A stretch of DNA of 64,000 nucleotides from Polyangia bacterium (GTDB lineage: Bacteria; Myxococcota_A; Polyangia; Nannocystales; Nannocystaceae). Shown here piece by piece: positions 49,535-62,595 of the stretch (the first letter of the stretch is position 1; the number at the start of each line of letters is the position of its first letter). The DNA is taken from positions 47,225-111,224 of the forward strand of contig JAUIKS010000008.1 in assembly GCA_030430565.1 (NCBI GenBank), written 5' to 3'. The notes under the pieces are model-generated. The model was not told where the DNA came from, did no database searches, and saw only the letters and a list, made by a program, of their open reading frames with translations. The translations under genes and the position numbers were made by a program.

Positions 49535-50698
49535 ATGAAGATCGGGATCCTTACACGTGAAGCGAAGAACTACAGCAGCCGACGGCTGATCGAGGCGTGC
49601 GAGCGCCGCGGGCACGAGGCCGCCGTGTTCGACACGCTCAAGTTCAACATGCTCGTCGAGCACGGCAAGCCGAGCCTGACCTACGAGAACGCGCCGATGC
49701 CCCACGTCGACGCGATCATCCCGCGCATCGGCGCGTCGATCACCTTCTACGGCCTCGCGGTGGTGCGTCAGCTCGAGCAGATGGGCGTGTACACGCTCAA
49801 CACCTCGCACGCGATCGGCGTCTCGCGCGACAAGCTGCGCGCGAGCCAGACCTTCAGCCGACACAACATCGGCATCCCGCCGACCGCGTTCGTGCGCGAC
49901 CGCGCCGGCGTCATCCCGGCGATCGAGGCGGTCGGCGGCACGCCGGTGATCATCAAGCTGCTCGAGGGCACCCAGGGCATCGGCGTGATCCTGGCGGACA
50001 CCGCGAAGATCGCCGAGGCGATCATCGAGACGCTGCAGAGCACGAAGCAGAACGTGCTGATCCAGAAGTTCGTCGCCGAGAGCAAGGGCAAGGACATCCG
50101 CGCGCTCGTGATCGGCGACCGCGTGATCGCGGCGATGCGCCGCAAGGCGACCGGCGACGAGTTCCGCAGCAACGTGCACCGCGGCGGGACCACGGAGCTC
50201 GTGAAGCTCAACGAGGAGTACGAGCGCACGGCGATCCACGCGGCGCAGATCATGGGCCTGACCGTCGCGGGCGTCGACATGCTCGAGGGCAAGGAGGGCC
50301 CGCTGGTCATGGAGGTCAACTCGTCCCCGGGCCTCGAGGGCATCGAGGGCGCGACCGGCATCGACATCGCGGGCCAGATCATCGAGTCGATCGAGGAGCA
50401 CGTCCAGTTCCCCGAGTTCGACCTGCGCCAGCGCCTGACGCTCGCCACGGGCTACGGCGTCGCCGAGCTGCCGATCCGGCCAGGCTCGCCCATGGCGGGT
50501 AAGACGATCGGCGAGCTCGACCTGCGCGACCGCGATGTCCTCGTCCTCAGCATCCAGCGCGGCAGCGTCATGATCCCGAACCCGGGCGGGTCGGAGCGGC
50601 TGCTCGCCGGCGACAAGGCGCTGTGCTACGGCAAGCGCATCGTCCTGCGGGACCTCGTCCCCCGCAAGGGGCAGGCCGAGGCCGCGAAGAAGTCATGA
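49535..50698 (+). CDS. rimK: RimK-type ATP-grasp ligase (ribosomal protein S6 glutamate ligase family) fused to a C-terminal TrkA-C/RCK_C-like domain
   Basis: MKIGIL start and ATP-grasp motifs (VIIKLLEGTQGIGV, FRSNVHRGG, EVNSSPGLEGIE). An extra C-terminal ~85 aa (PIRPGSPMAGKTIGELDLRDRDVLVLSIQRG) has the TrkA_C pattern. Confidence 0.85.
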   Translation: MKIGILTREAKNYSSRRLIEACERRGHEAAVFDTLKFNMLVEHGKPSLTYENAPMPHVDAIIPRIGASITFYGLAVVRQLEQMGVYTLNTSHAIGVSRDKLRASQTFSRHNIGIPPTAFVRDRAGVIPAIEAVGGTPVIIKLLEGTQGIGVILADTAKIAEAIIETLQSTKQNVLIQKFVAESKGKDIRALVIGDRVIAAMRRKATGDEFRSNVHRGGTTELVKLNEEYERTAIHAAQIMGLTVAGVDMLEGKEGPLVMEVNSSPGLEGIEGATGIDIAGQIIESIEEHVQFPEFDLRQRLTLATGYGVAELPIRPGSPMAGKTIGELDLRDRDVLVLSIQRGSVMIPNPGGSERLLAGDKALCYGKRIVLRDLVPRKGQAEAAKKS

Positions 50699-50724
50699 GC
50701 GCGCGCGCGAACATGTCTTAAGCA

Positions 50725-52197
50725 TCAGCCACGGTAGTCCTCCTTGCGGAGGCCGTGTCGCCGCATCTTCTCGAACAGCGAGCGCGGCGAGAGCCCGGCG
50801 TGCGCCGCGGTGACCCCGACCTTGCCGCCGTGACGCGTGAGCAGCCCGTCGAGGTAGCGGCGCTCGCCGGCGACCAGGAGCATGCCGCGGACCTCCTTCC
50901 ACGGCCGGTCGAGCCAGTCGTCGGGGAGCTCTCCGTCGGCGCGCGGGCGCTCGCTCGTCGTCGACGGGAGGCTGGCCTCGGGGCCCGGCGCGAGCGTGGC
51001 GACGATCGTGCTCGGGAGGTCCGCGAGCGTCACGGTGTCGCCGCTGCACAGCAGCGTCGCGCGCTCCAGCACGTTGACCAGCTCGCGGACGTTCCCGGGC
51101 CAGGCGTAGGCCATCAGCGCCTCCATGACCCTGGGCTCAAATTTTCGCACCCCCGTGTGGGTCTGCGTCTCGAGCAGCTGCAGGTAGGTCTCGACCAGCT
51201 CGGGGATGTCCTCCACGCGCTCGCGCAGCGGCGGGATCACGATCTCGATGACGCACAGCCGGTAGTACAGGTCCCGCCGAAACCGCTTGGCCTCGACCTC
51301 CTCGAGCAGGTCGCGGTTGGTCGCCGCGACGATGCGCACGTTGACCGAGACGGAGCGCTCGCTGCCGACCGGCTCGATCCGGCGCGTCTGCAGCACGCGC
51401 AGCAGCTTGGCCTGCAGGTTGAGCGGGACCTCGCCGACCTCATCGAGGAACAGCGTGCCTTGGTCCGCGAGTTCGAAGCGCCCGCGACGGGTCCGCGTCG
51501 CGCCCGTGAACGCGCCGCGCTCGTGCCCAAACAGCTCGCTCTCAAACAGCTCGGTGGGGATCGCCGCGCAGTTGACCGCGATGAAGGGTCCACGCGCCCG
51601 CGGACCCTCGGCGTGCAGCAGGCTCGCGACTCGCTCTTTGCCGACGCCGGTCTCGCCAAGGATGAGGACCGGGCTCGCCGTCCCCGCGAGCCGCCGGGCG
51701 GTCGCCACGACCTTTCGCATCGCCGGGCTCGAGGCCACGAGCGTCTCGGGCTCGGTGACGTGCTCCGGCGCGGCGGCGGCGAGATGGGCGAGCTGGAGCT
51801 CGCGCCTCCGATTGATGAACGACGACAACGCGCCGTCGAGCGCCTCGCCGGGGAGGTTGCGCTCGAGCGCCGCGAGGCAGCCCGCGCCGATCAGCTCGGC
51901 CTGGCGCTCGCTCGCGCGCTCGAGGAACACCACGACATCGGGCCGCTCGGGCAGCTTGCGCGCCCGCGCGAGCCGGCGATCGAGCTGCTGATCCTCCGGG
52001 AGCGCGTCAAACAGCGCGAGGTCGTGGCTCTCGATGTGCAAACGCTTCCAGCCGTCCTGCGCCGAGCGAGCGACGGTCACGAGCACGTGGGAAGGATCCA
52101 AGATCCCGCGCACACGCTCGCGGAGCTCGTCATCGTCGAGCGCGAGGAGGACACGGATCAGGAGCGGCGCGGACATCGCGTGGACGAACGAGTCCAT
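50725..52197 (-). CDS. Sigma-54-dependent Fis-family transcriptional activator (NtrC-type response regulator)
   Basis: N-terminal receiver-like region, AAA+ sigma54-activation domain (GETGVGKERVA, GAFTGA, ESELFGHERGAFTGA), C-terminal Fis-type HTH. Start 52197 (MDSF) or 52176 (MSAP). Confidence 0.85.
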   Translation of the reverse strand: MDSFVHAMSAPLLIRVLLALDDDELRERVRGILDPSHVLVTVARSAQDGWKRLHIESHDLALFDALPEDQQLDRRLARARKLPERPDVVVFLERASERQAELIGAGCLAALERNLPGEALDGALSSFINRRRELQLAHLAAAAPEHVTEPETLVASSPAMRKVVATARRLAGTASPVLILGETGVGKERVASLLHAEGPRARGPFIAVNCAAIPTELFESELFGHERGAFTGATRTRRGRFELADQGTLFLDEVGEVPLNLQAKLLRVLQTRRIEPVGSERSVSVNVRIVAATNRDLLEEVEAKRFRRDLYYRLCVIEIVIPPLRERVEDIPELVETYLQLLETQTHTGVRKFEPRVMEALMAYAWPGNVRELVNVLERATLLCSGDTVTLADLPSTIVATLAPGPEASLPSTTSERPRADGELPDDWLDRPWKEVRGMLLVAGERRYLDGLLTRHGGKVGVTAAHAGLSPRSLFEKMRRHGLRKEDYRG

Positions 52198-52324
52198 GCT
52201 ATCAGCTCGCTGAAACGCGTCGCGTGGTCGCCAGCGCGTCAACGGCGTCCGCCGCGAAGCCGAGACGAGGTTGATTCGGGCATGGTTGTTGGGGCAGCGA
52301 TGCGGTTATGAAGGCGTGGGCGCT

Positions 52325-53017
52325 TCAGCGCCGCGCTCGCGCGAGGCTCGAACGAGGCGAGGCGGTGATCGCCTCGCGGACCTGTCGACGCGCGCGGTGC
52401 AGCCGGGACTTGACCGCGCTGACGGTCAAGCCGGTCTGCTGCGCGACCTCTGGCGCCGTGCACCCCTCGACATCGCGGGCGACGAGCACCTCTCGATCAA
52501 GCGGCGCCAGACCCTCGAGCGCCGCTTGAAAGCGAACCGAGAGCCGCTGGCGATCGAGCCCGCGCTCGAGGCAAGCGTCGCCTGCACACTCCTGCGCGCT
52601 CATCGCCTCACGGAACCCGGCGCCGGTCCGGACGCGGGTACGCTCGCGGCGACGCTCGCGGTGGGCGAGGCTCCGCGTGATGGTGAACACCCACGTCATG
52701 AACGAGGCCTCACCGCGGAAGCTGCCGAGGTTGCGCACGATCCCCAGCATCGTCTCTTGAAACAGATCCTGGGCGTCCTCGGCGTCACGCGCCATGCGCT
52801 CACAAACACGCATGATGCGTCGCTCGTAGCGCCGAAGCAGCGCGTTGAGGGCCTCCCGATGCCCGTCGACGCCGCGCGTGATCAGCTCGTCGTCGCCGAG
52901 CTCGGACCACCGGGGCTCGGACGGGACGACGCGCAGCGCCGGGCGGGGCTCGCACTCAAGAACTCCGGCGCGGGGCGCGGACAGAACCTCAGCGGTCGCG
53001 GTAGGGGCTCCAAGCAT
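52325..53017 (-). CDS. ECF-subfamily RNA polymerase sigma-70 factor
   Basis: Region 2 (ALNALLRRYERRIMRVCERMARDAEDAQDLFQETMLGIVRNL) and region 4 (EVAQQTGLTVSAVKSRLHRARRQVRE). Confidence 0.8.
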   Translation of the reverse strand: MLGAPTATAEVLSAPRAGVLECEPRPALRVVPSEPRWSELGDDELITRGVDGHREALNALLRRYERRIMRVCERMARDAEDAQDLFQETMLGIVRNLGSFRGEASFMTWVFTITRSLAHRERRRERTRVRTGAGFREAMSAQECAGDACLERGLDRQRLSVRFQAALEGLAPLDREVLVARDVEGCTAPEVAQQTGLTVSAVKSRLHRARRQVREAITASPRSSLARARR

Positions 53018-53282
53018 CGGTCACCTCCGCATGTTTCTTGAGCAAGGGACGTTCCCCAAGGGTCGAGAGCGCACTCCGGCGAAACCTCAGCGCTTTTTCC
53101 TGGGGCCCCCAGACCGAATTGTTTTCGGAATCCCTAGATCCGGTTTTTTCGGAGTTTAAACATCCGAAAATTCGGATCTATAAGATCCGATTCTTGACTC
53201 CTGACGATTTGAAGAAGCCTGCACCCTTTCCTATTGCCAACGACTCGAAGGGGACAGAACCCCGAGATCCGAGGAGGGTGCT

Positions 53283-53633
53283 GTGGAATACCAACAACCG
53301 ATCGACGAGCTCCTGCGCCGGTTTACGACGTTTCGCGGGCGAGACCTCCGCAGACGGGGGCTTCAGAACCTGCAAGAAGTCATCGACCTCCTCCAAGAGT
53401 ACTTCGACGAGGCGGGCGTCAACGCGCTCGACATTCGACGGGACGCGCCGGGAGCCAAGCGACGCGGCGTGATCACGATCGAGCGCGCCGTGCAGTACCT
53501 CGACGACTTCGAGGACGACTACCTGATCCGGGTCATCGACGCCGACCGCGAGTTCATCCGTCGCGCCGAGCCCATCGTCCGCGGCTTCACCCGCTGGATC
53601 CGCGGGCAAGCGGTGCGGGTCGCCGCGGCCTGA
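53283..53633 (+). CDS. Small hypothetical protein (116 aa)
   Basis: GTG start 7 nt after GAGGAGGG. Non-shadow composition (MEYQQPIDELLRRFTTFRGRDLRRRGLQNLQEVIDLLQEYFDEAG...). Sits downstream of an AT-rich repeat-bearing region. Confidence 0.5.
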   Translation: MEYQQPIDELLRRFTTFRGRDLRRRGLQNLQEVIDLLQEYFDEAGVNALDIRRDAPGAKRRGVITIERAVQYLDDFEDDYLIRVIDADREFIRRAEPIVRGFTRWIRGQAVRVAAA

Positions 53634-53731
53634 TCCCGCGATACATCACGAGACCACCTCGAGGCCGGCGTCGACCTCTGTTGACGCCGCGCCGCTCAAT
53701 TCCGCGTACGCTGCCCCCTCCCCCTCAGCCC

Positions 53732-54751
53732 ATGTTCTCCTCAAGCTACCTCGACCGAAACATCCTCTGCGTCGACGCGCTCGACGTCAACGCGCTCCCC
53801 ATGGGTCGCAAGACCCGACTGCTCGTCGGCCTCGTGCACGACGGCCTCGGGCGCGCGCTCCGAATCCCCGTGATCGCGGTCCGCGGGACCCGTCCCGGGC
53901 CCGTGTTCGGCATCACCGCAGCGCTGCACGGCAACGAGCTCAACGGCATCCCCGTCGTCCACCGCCTCGTCGACTCGATCAACCCGGAGACGCTCCGCGG
54001 CACCCTCGTCGCGGTCCCGGTGCTCAACATCCCCGGGCTCGTGCGCCACGAGCGAGAGTTCCGCGACAGCACCGACCTCAACCACATCATGCCGGGCGTC
54101 CCCGACGGCAACGAGTCGCAGGTCTACGCCCACCGCCTGACCTCGCGCATCGTCGGCAGCTTCAACTACCTCGCCGATCTGCACACCGCGAGCTTCGGGC
54201 GCATCAACACGCTCTACGTCCGCGCCGATCTCGACGAGCCGACCACGGCGCGCATGGCCAAGCTGCAGCGGCCGGCGATCATCCTGCACAACCCGCCGCG
54301 CGACCACACCCTGCGGGGCTGGGCCTCGGCCGAGGGGGCCCCCGCGATCACGGTCGAGATCGGCGATCCGGGCGTGTTCCAGCCCAAGAAAGTCCGCCGC
54401 ACCATCGCCGGTCTGCGGGCCCTGCTGTCACAGATGAAGATGCTGCCGCGACGCTCCCAGCCGAAGCCGCCGCCGCCGCCGCTGCTCTGCGAGACCTCGC
54501 GCTGGATCTACACCGACCGCGGCGGGCTGCTGCGCGTGCTGCCTGAGCTGGGGGAACAGATCGAGGAGCAAGCGCTCATCGCCCAGCAGTTCGACATCTT
54601 CGGCGACCTCGTGCGGGAGTACCGAGCGCCCTACGCCGGCGTCATCATCGGCAAGAGCGTCGACCCGGTGAGCCCCACGGGCGCGCGGATCGTGCACCTG
54701 GGTCGACTCGCCAAGCCGGGGCGATTCCCCAACGCCGAGGCGGCGGGCTAG
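53732..54751 (+). CDS. Succinylglutamate desuccinylase / aspartoacylase (AstE/AspA) family zinc hydrolase
   Basis: Start [21 protein letters not shown] zinc-binding motif, [17 protein letters not shown]-track start 53234 is in frame but was rejected as a 5' extension through the promoter region. Confidence 0.75.
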   Translation: MFSSSYLDRNILCVDALDVNALPMGRKTRLLVGLVHDGLGRALRIPVIAVRGTRPGPVFGITAALHGNELNGIPVVHRLVDSINPETLRGTLVAVPVLNIPGLVRHEREFRDSTDLNHIMPGVPDGNESQVYAHRLTSRIVGSFNYLADLHTASFGRINTLYVRADLDEPTTARMAKLQRPAIILHNPPRDHTLRGWASAEGAPAITVEIGDPGVFQPKKVRRTIAGLRALLSQMKMLPRRSQPKPPPPPLLCETSRWIYTDRGGLLRVLPELGEQIEEQALIAQQFDIFGDLVREYRAPYAGVIIGKSVDPVSPTGARIVHLGRLAKPGRFPNAEAAG

Positions 54752-54778
54752 CGCGACGGCGACGGCGAACGATGAAGC

Positions 54779-54851
54779 GCACCCGACAGGATTCGAACCT
54801 GTGACATTCGGTTTAGAAGACCGACGCTCTATCCAACTGAGCTACGGGTGC
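54779..54851 (-). tRNA. tRNA-Arg (anticodon TCT)
   Basis: Reverse complement GCACCCGTAGCTCAGTTGGATAGAGCGTCGGTCTTCTAAACCGAATGTCACAGGTTCGAATCCTGTCGGGTGCG folds as a cloverleaf. Anticodon loop CTTCTAA. TPsiC GGTTCGAATCC. Confidence 0.85.
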
Positions 54852-54879
54852 TCCGCGTCCCTGGGGGAGACGGATTGAG

Positions 54880-54953
54880 TCGGGGCGAGAGGATTTGAAC
54901 CTCCGACATCCTGCACCCAAAGCAGGCGCGCTACCAGGCTGCGCTACGCCCCG
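54880..54953 (-). tRNA. tRNA-Pro (anticodon TGG)
   Basis: Reverse complement CGGGGCGTAGCGCAGCCTGGTAGCGCGCCTGCTTTGGGTGCAGGATGTCGGAGGTTCAAATCCTCTCGCCCCGA. Anticodon loop TTTGGGT. Confidence 0.85.
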
Positions 54954-55016
54954 ATAAGGGAGGCGCACCATATCGGACCCGCGCGTCCAGGTCCAGCGGG
55001 CGCGACTCGGCCTCGC

Positions 55017-55688
55017 TCAGCTGTCTTGCCAGCGCGCCAGCGCCGACAGGAACGCGCGCATCGCCTGGCCGCGGTGGGACCGCGCGGCCTTCTCCTCGCG
55101 GCTGAGCTCGGCGACGGTTTTGCTCTGGTCGCCGGGCCCGTTCATCCAGATGTACGGGTCGTAACCGAAGCCGCCGTCGCCGCGTCGCTCGATCCGCGCG
55201 ACGCCGTCCCAGCGTCCGCGAAACAGCGCCACCGGCTCGCCGTCGAGCGGCTGGCCGTCGAGCCGGACGGCCGCGAGCACGCAGACGTAGTGGGCTGGCG
55301 ACTCGCTGCACCCGCGGGCCTGCAGCTCGGCGACCATCTTGGCGTTGTTGGCGTCATCGTCGCACTCGGGCCCCGCGAAGCGCGCGGAGTAGACCCCGGG
55401 CGCGCCGTCGAAGGCCTCGATCACCACGCCCGAGTCGTCGGCGACGACCAGGGTGTCGCCGGCCAACGAGCCGGTCGCGCGCAGCCACGCGGCGATCTCC
55501 GTGGCCTTCTTGGTGGCGTTGCCGACGAAGGTGTCCCGGTCCTCGACGACATCGGGCGCCGGGCCGTGCTCGCCCATCGCTGAGACCTCAACGGAGATCT
55601 CGCGCGCGGCCGCCATCGCGCGCAGCTCGATGATCTTGTGTTGGTTGCCGCTGGCGATCACCAGGTTTCGCACGCTCTTCGCGCTCAT
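55017..55688 (-). CDS. rdgB: Non-canonical purine NTP pyrophosphatase (dITP/XTP pyrophosphatase, Ham1/RdgB)
   Basis: VIASGNQHKIIEL start and the Ham1 family pattern. Overlaps rph by 4 nt (ATGA). Confidence 0.9.
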   Translation of the reverse strand: MSAKSVRNLVIASGNQHKIIELRAMAAAREISVEVSAMGEHGPAPDVVEDRDTFVGNATKKATEIAAWLRATGSLAGDTLVVADDSGVVIEAFDGAPGVYSARFAGPECDDDANNAKMVAELQARGCSESPAHYVCVLAAVRLDGQPLDGEPVALFRGRWDGVARIERRGDGGFGYDPYIWMNGPGDQSKTVAELSREEKAARSHRGQAMRAFLSALARWQDS

Positions 55689-56437
55689 GCCGCCCCCCCT
55701 GTCGCCGCCGCCGTCTGGATCGCGGCCGACTGCAACGCGAACAGATGATCACACCCGCCCCCGGCCAGCTCGAGCATGCGCGCGAGCTGAGCCGTTGAGA
55801 AGCTCCCACGCTCGCCTGTCCCTTGGACCTCAACGAGCCCGTCCGCGCCCTGCATGACGACGTTGACATCGGCGTGCGCGCGGCTGTCCTCCTCGTACGG
55901 GAGATCGAGGACCGGGATGACCTCGCCGGCGGTCTCGACGAGGCCGACCGAGACCGCCGAGACCGGCTCTCCCAGCGGGTCGCGGCGCAGTCGCCCCTGC
56001 CGCCGCAACGCCGTGACCGCGAGCACCAGCGCGACGTAGCCGCCGGTGATCGAGGCGGTGCGGGTCCCGCCGTCGGCCTCGATGACGTCGCAGTCGATCA
56101 TGATCGAGATCGGGGTCTCGTCGCGCGTGACGTCGACCAGCGCGGAGAGGTCCACGCCGGCCCGAAGCGACCGGCCGATGAGTCGCTGGATCTCCTTGCC
56201 GCGACCGCCCGAGTCGCGTCGCCCGCGGGGCTGCGTCGCCCCGGGCAACATCGCGTACTGGGCCGTCACCCACCCCCCAGAGCGCAGCCAGGACGGAGCC
56301 TTGGGCTCGACGTTGGCGGTGCAGATGACTCGAGTTCGCCCGGCGGTGATCAGCGCGGAGCCCAGCGAGGTGCGGATAAATCCAGGCTCGATGGCGTAGT
56401 GCCGGAGTTGATCGGGGGCGCGACCGTCGGCTCTCAT
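55685..56437 (-). CDS. rph: Ribonuclease PH
   Basis: MRADGRAPDQLR start. GSALITAGRTRVICTA, ADGGTRTASITG. ORF-track start 56476 is 13 codons upstream. Confidence 0.9.
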   Translation of the reverse strand: MRADGRAPDQLRHYAIEPGFIRTSLGSALITAGRTRVICTANVEPKAPSWLRSGGWVTAQYAMLPGATQPRGRRDSGGRGKEIQRLIGRSLRAGVDLSALVDVTRDETPISIMIDCDVIEADGGTRTASITGGYVALVLAVTALRRQGRLRRDPLGEPVSAVSVGLVETAGEVIPVLDLPYEEDSRAHADVNVVMQGADGLVEVQGTGERGSFSTAQLARMLELAGGGCDHLFALQSAAIQTAAATGGAA

Positions 56438-56613
56438 GGGGCGACGAGTACCACAGCGGGCCAGCCAGTCGGACACCCAACCCGTGAAAGCAGCTGCACA
56501 GGCACTGGTTAGAATTACAGATTTTTCACCAGTGCATTTTCAACCAACCAAAAAGCGAGACACCCACACGGGGTGCCTCGCAGTTTTGCTTGGTGACTTT
56601 CTAGGGACGCAGG

Positions 56614-56880
56614 CTACTCGGCGGCCTTCTCGTCGCCGCCCTCGGCCTTCTCGTCGCCGCCTTCGGCCTTCTCGTCGCCGGCCGCCTTCTCGTCGCCGGC
56701 CGCCTTCTCGTCAGCGCCCTTCTCGTCCTTGGCGTCGGCCTTCTTGTCGCCGTCCTTCTTGTCGCCGTCCTTCTTGGCGTCGGCGCCCTTCTTGTCCTCG
56801 GTCTTCTCACCGCCGCACGCCGGAGCCGTCATGGCAAAGGCGGTAAGGGCGGCGAGCACGAACTTGCTGTTGAGCTTCAT
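56614..56880 (-). CDS. Small low-complexity lipoprotein (K/D/E-rich GDKK / GDEKA repeats)
   Basis: AGGGAGA RBS before the ATG. Signal peptide MKLNSKFVLAALTAFAMTAPACGG (lipobox). The rest is KDGDKK and GDEKAAG/GDEKAEG repeats, encoded by a roughly 21-nt DNA tandem repeat. Confidence 0.5.
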   Translation of the reverse strand: MKLNSKFVLAALTAFAMTAPACGGEKTEDKKGADAKKDGDKKDGDKKADAKDEKGADEKAAGDEKAAGDEKAEGGDEKAEGGDEKAAE

Positions 56881-57126
56881 TGGCTGAATCTCCCTGTTTG
56901 GGTGGGTTCGAGTCGTGTTTGCGACTTTAAGCGATAGGCCAAGACAAGTTCAATCATCGCGTAGATCCGTCAGGCGCACACGGCGCGATCGCGCATTTGC
57001 TGCCGTCGGCTCAAACGACGCCTGCGGTTCTACCTGCACACGCACGACACACCCACCCGGTTCACACCGGCCCCCGGGTCGCTGCCCGCAGGACGCGTTG
57101 TGACCAGGTTCTGGGGCTCCTTCGGC

Positions 57127-60126
<3,000 letters not shown>

Positions 60127-60293
60127 TACGGTGCGTCAGGTTGTGCCATACAAGCCCGCCGGTGGCCACGATTGCGGAGGGATCGGGGATCGAGCCAGCG
60201 CACAAACCCAGCGGGCCTACGGAGGAATCTCAACGCGGGCGCTGGTTCGCGCAGGGCTTGCGCGGCACCCACGCCGACTTATTGTGACCGACG

Positions 60294-61274
60294 GTGAAGG
60301 ACCTCTATCAATCCCTCGGTGTCAAACGGGACGCCTCGAAGGCCGATGTTAAAAAAGCCTTCCGGAAGCTGACGCAGCAGTATCACCCCGATAAAAACCC
60401 GGGCGATAAGCAGGCGGAGGAGCGCTTCAAGGAGGTCTCGACGGCCTACGAAGTCCTCGGCGATGAGGACAAGCGCAAGCTCTACGACGAGTTCGGCGAG
60501 ATGAGCTTGACCCAGGGCTTCGACCCCAAGCGCGCCCGGGCCTACAAGCAGGCCCGCAGCGGCTTCGGCGGCGGGGCCGGCAGAGGCGGCTTCCCCGGCG
60601 GCAACTTCTCCAACTTCAACGACGCGCGCGGGACCAGCTTCGACGACCTGCTCTCACAGATGTTCGGCGGCGGCCAGGTCCGCGACGCCGACGACCTGCT
60701 CGGCAACGTCCGCGGTCGCCGGCGCGCGACGACCCACAACATCGAGGGCGAGATCACGGTCAACTTCACCGACGCGCTGTTCGGGACCACCGTCCCCCTG
60801 CAGGTCAGCTCGCGCGGCGGCACCAAGCGCACCCTCGATGTCCGCGTCCCCAAGGGCATGCGCGACGGCGGCAAGCTGCGCCTGCGCGGCCAGGGCGGCG
60901 GCAGCCCGCCCGGCGACATCCTCCTCACGGTCAAGGTCCGCGATCACCGGCTGCTGCGGCGCGAGGGTGACAACCTTCACATGGACCTGCCGGTGACCGC
61001 GCTCGAGGCCTACCGCGGCGGCAAGATCGATGTCCCGACGCCGTGGGGCGCCGTCACGCTCAAGCTGCCCGCAGGCGCCCAGAGCGGGCAGCAGGTCCGC
61101 CTCAAGGGCCGGGGCGTCAAGCAGGCCCGCAAGCCCGACGGCGACCTGATGCTGACGCTCTCGGTTAAGCTGCCCGACAAGGGTGATGAGGCGCTGCTCG
61201 AGGCGCTCGAGCGCCTGCAGAAGGACGAGGACGTGCGCACGAACCTGGTGCTCGAGCAAGCCCAGACGAGCTGA
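60294..61274 (+). CDS. DnaJ-family co-chaperone (J domain, G-rich linker and C-terminal substrate-binding domains, no zinc finger; CbpA-like)
   Basis: GTG start. DLYQSLGV ... YHPDKNPGD (HPD motif). GGFPGGNFSNF G/F region. C-terminal domains with GxxLRLRGQG. Confidence 0.85.
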   Translation: MKDLYQSLGVKRDASKADVKKAFRKLTQQYHPDKNPGDKQAEERFKEVSTAYEVLGDEDKRKLYDEFGEMSLTQGFDPKRARAYKQARSGFGGGAGRGGFPGGNFSNFNDARGTSFDDLLSQMFGGGQVRDADDLLGNVRGRRRATTHNIEGEITVNFTDALFGTTVPLQVSSRGGTKRTLDVRVPKGMRDGGKLRLRGQGGGSPPGDILLTVKVRDHRLLRREGDNLHMDLPVTALEAYRGGKIDVPTPWGAVTLKLPAGAQSGQQVRLKGRGVKQARKPDGDLMLTLSVKLPDKGDEALLEALERLQKDEDVRTNLVLEQAQTS

Positions 61275-61345
61275 CCCCTCGAACCTGCCGCCCGCGCAGC
61301 TTCGCCCGCGTCTGAAGCCGCCCCGCGCTGTGCTATGCCAGGGTC

Positions 61346-62323
<978 letters not shown>

Positions 62324-62595
62324 GCGACAGCGCCCGCGGGCGCGCGAAGTTGTAGTTGCACCCCCATATGGGGAGCGCGCAAATGAAACCTCGCTGGCGA
62401 CAGAGCGCGTATAGATAACAATTCGCTGTTGATATCCGTTGGTGTGATGCGTTCTAGATCGCTGAGTACATTCACATACTCGGCGAAATTGATCGTGACC
62501 CGGTCGACACGCAATCAGTGGAAGATGGTTTCGAAACCCCGGCTTAATCGATGAGCCGTCATCCTCCGCCCGGTCAGACCCCAACGGAATCGCCC

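Noticed and set aside
53200-53282. Possible sigma54 -24/-12 promoter (CTGCAC ... TTGCC) upstream of the small gene at 53283
   Set aside because: GG-N10-GC spacing is not satisfied (the elements are 4 nt too far apart). Not called.
54779-54953. tRNA-Arg/tRNA-Pro pair as an integration site for a genomic island
   Set aside because: No integrase, direct repeats or composition shift adjacent to the tRNAs. The low-GC island is 22 kb away and has no tRNA-derived repeat that I could see.
56621-56790. Tandem nucleotide repeats (about 21 nt) as a possible CRISPR or VNTR non-coding array
   Set aside because: Repeats are contiguous with no unique spacers and lie inside a credible small lipoprotein ORF with a good RBS. 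Treated as coding low-complexity repeat. No CRISPR array anywhere in the window.
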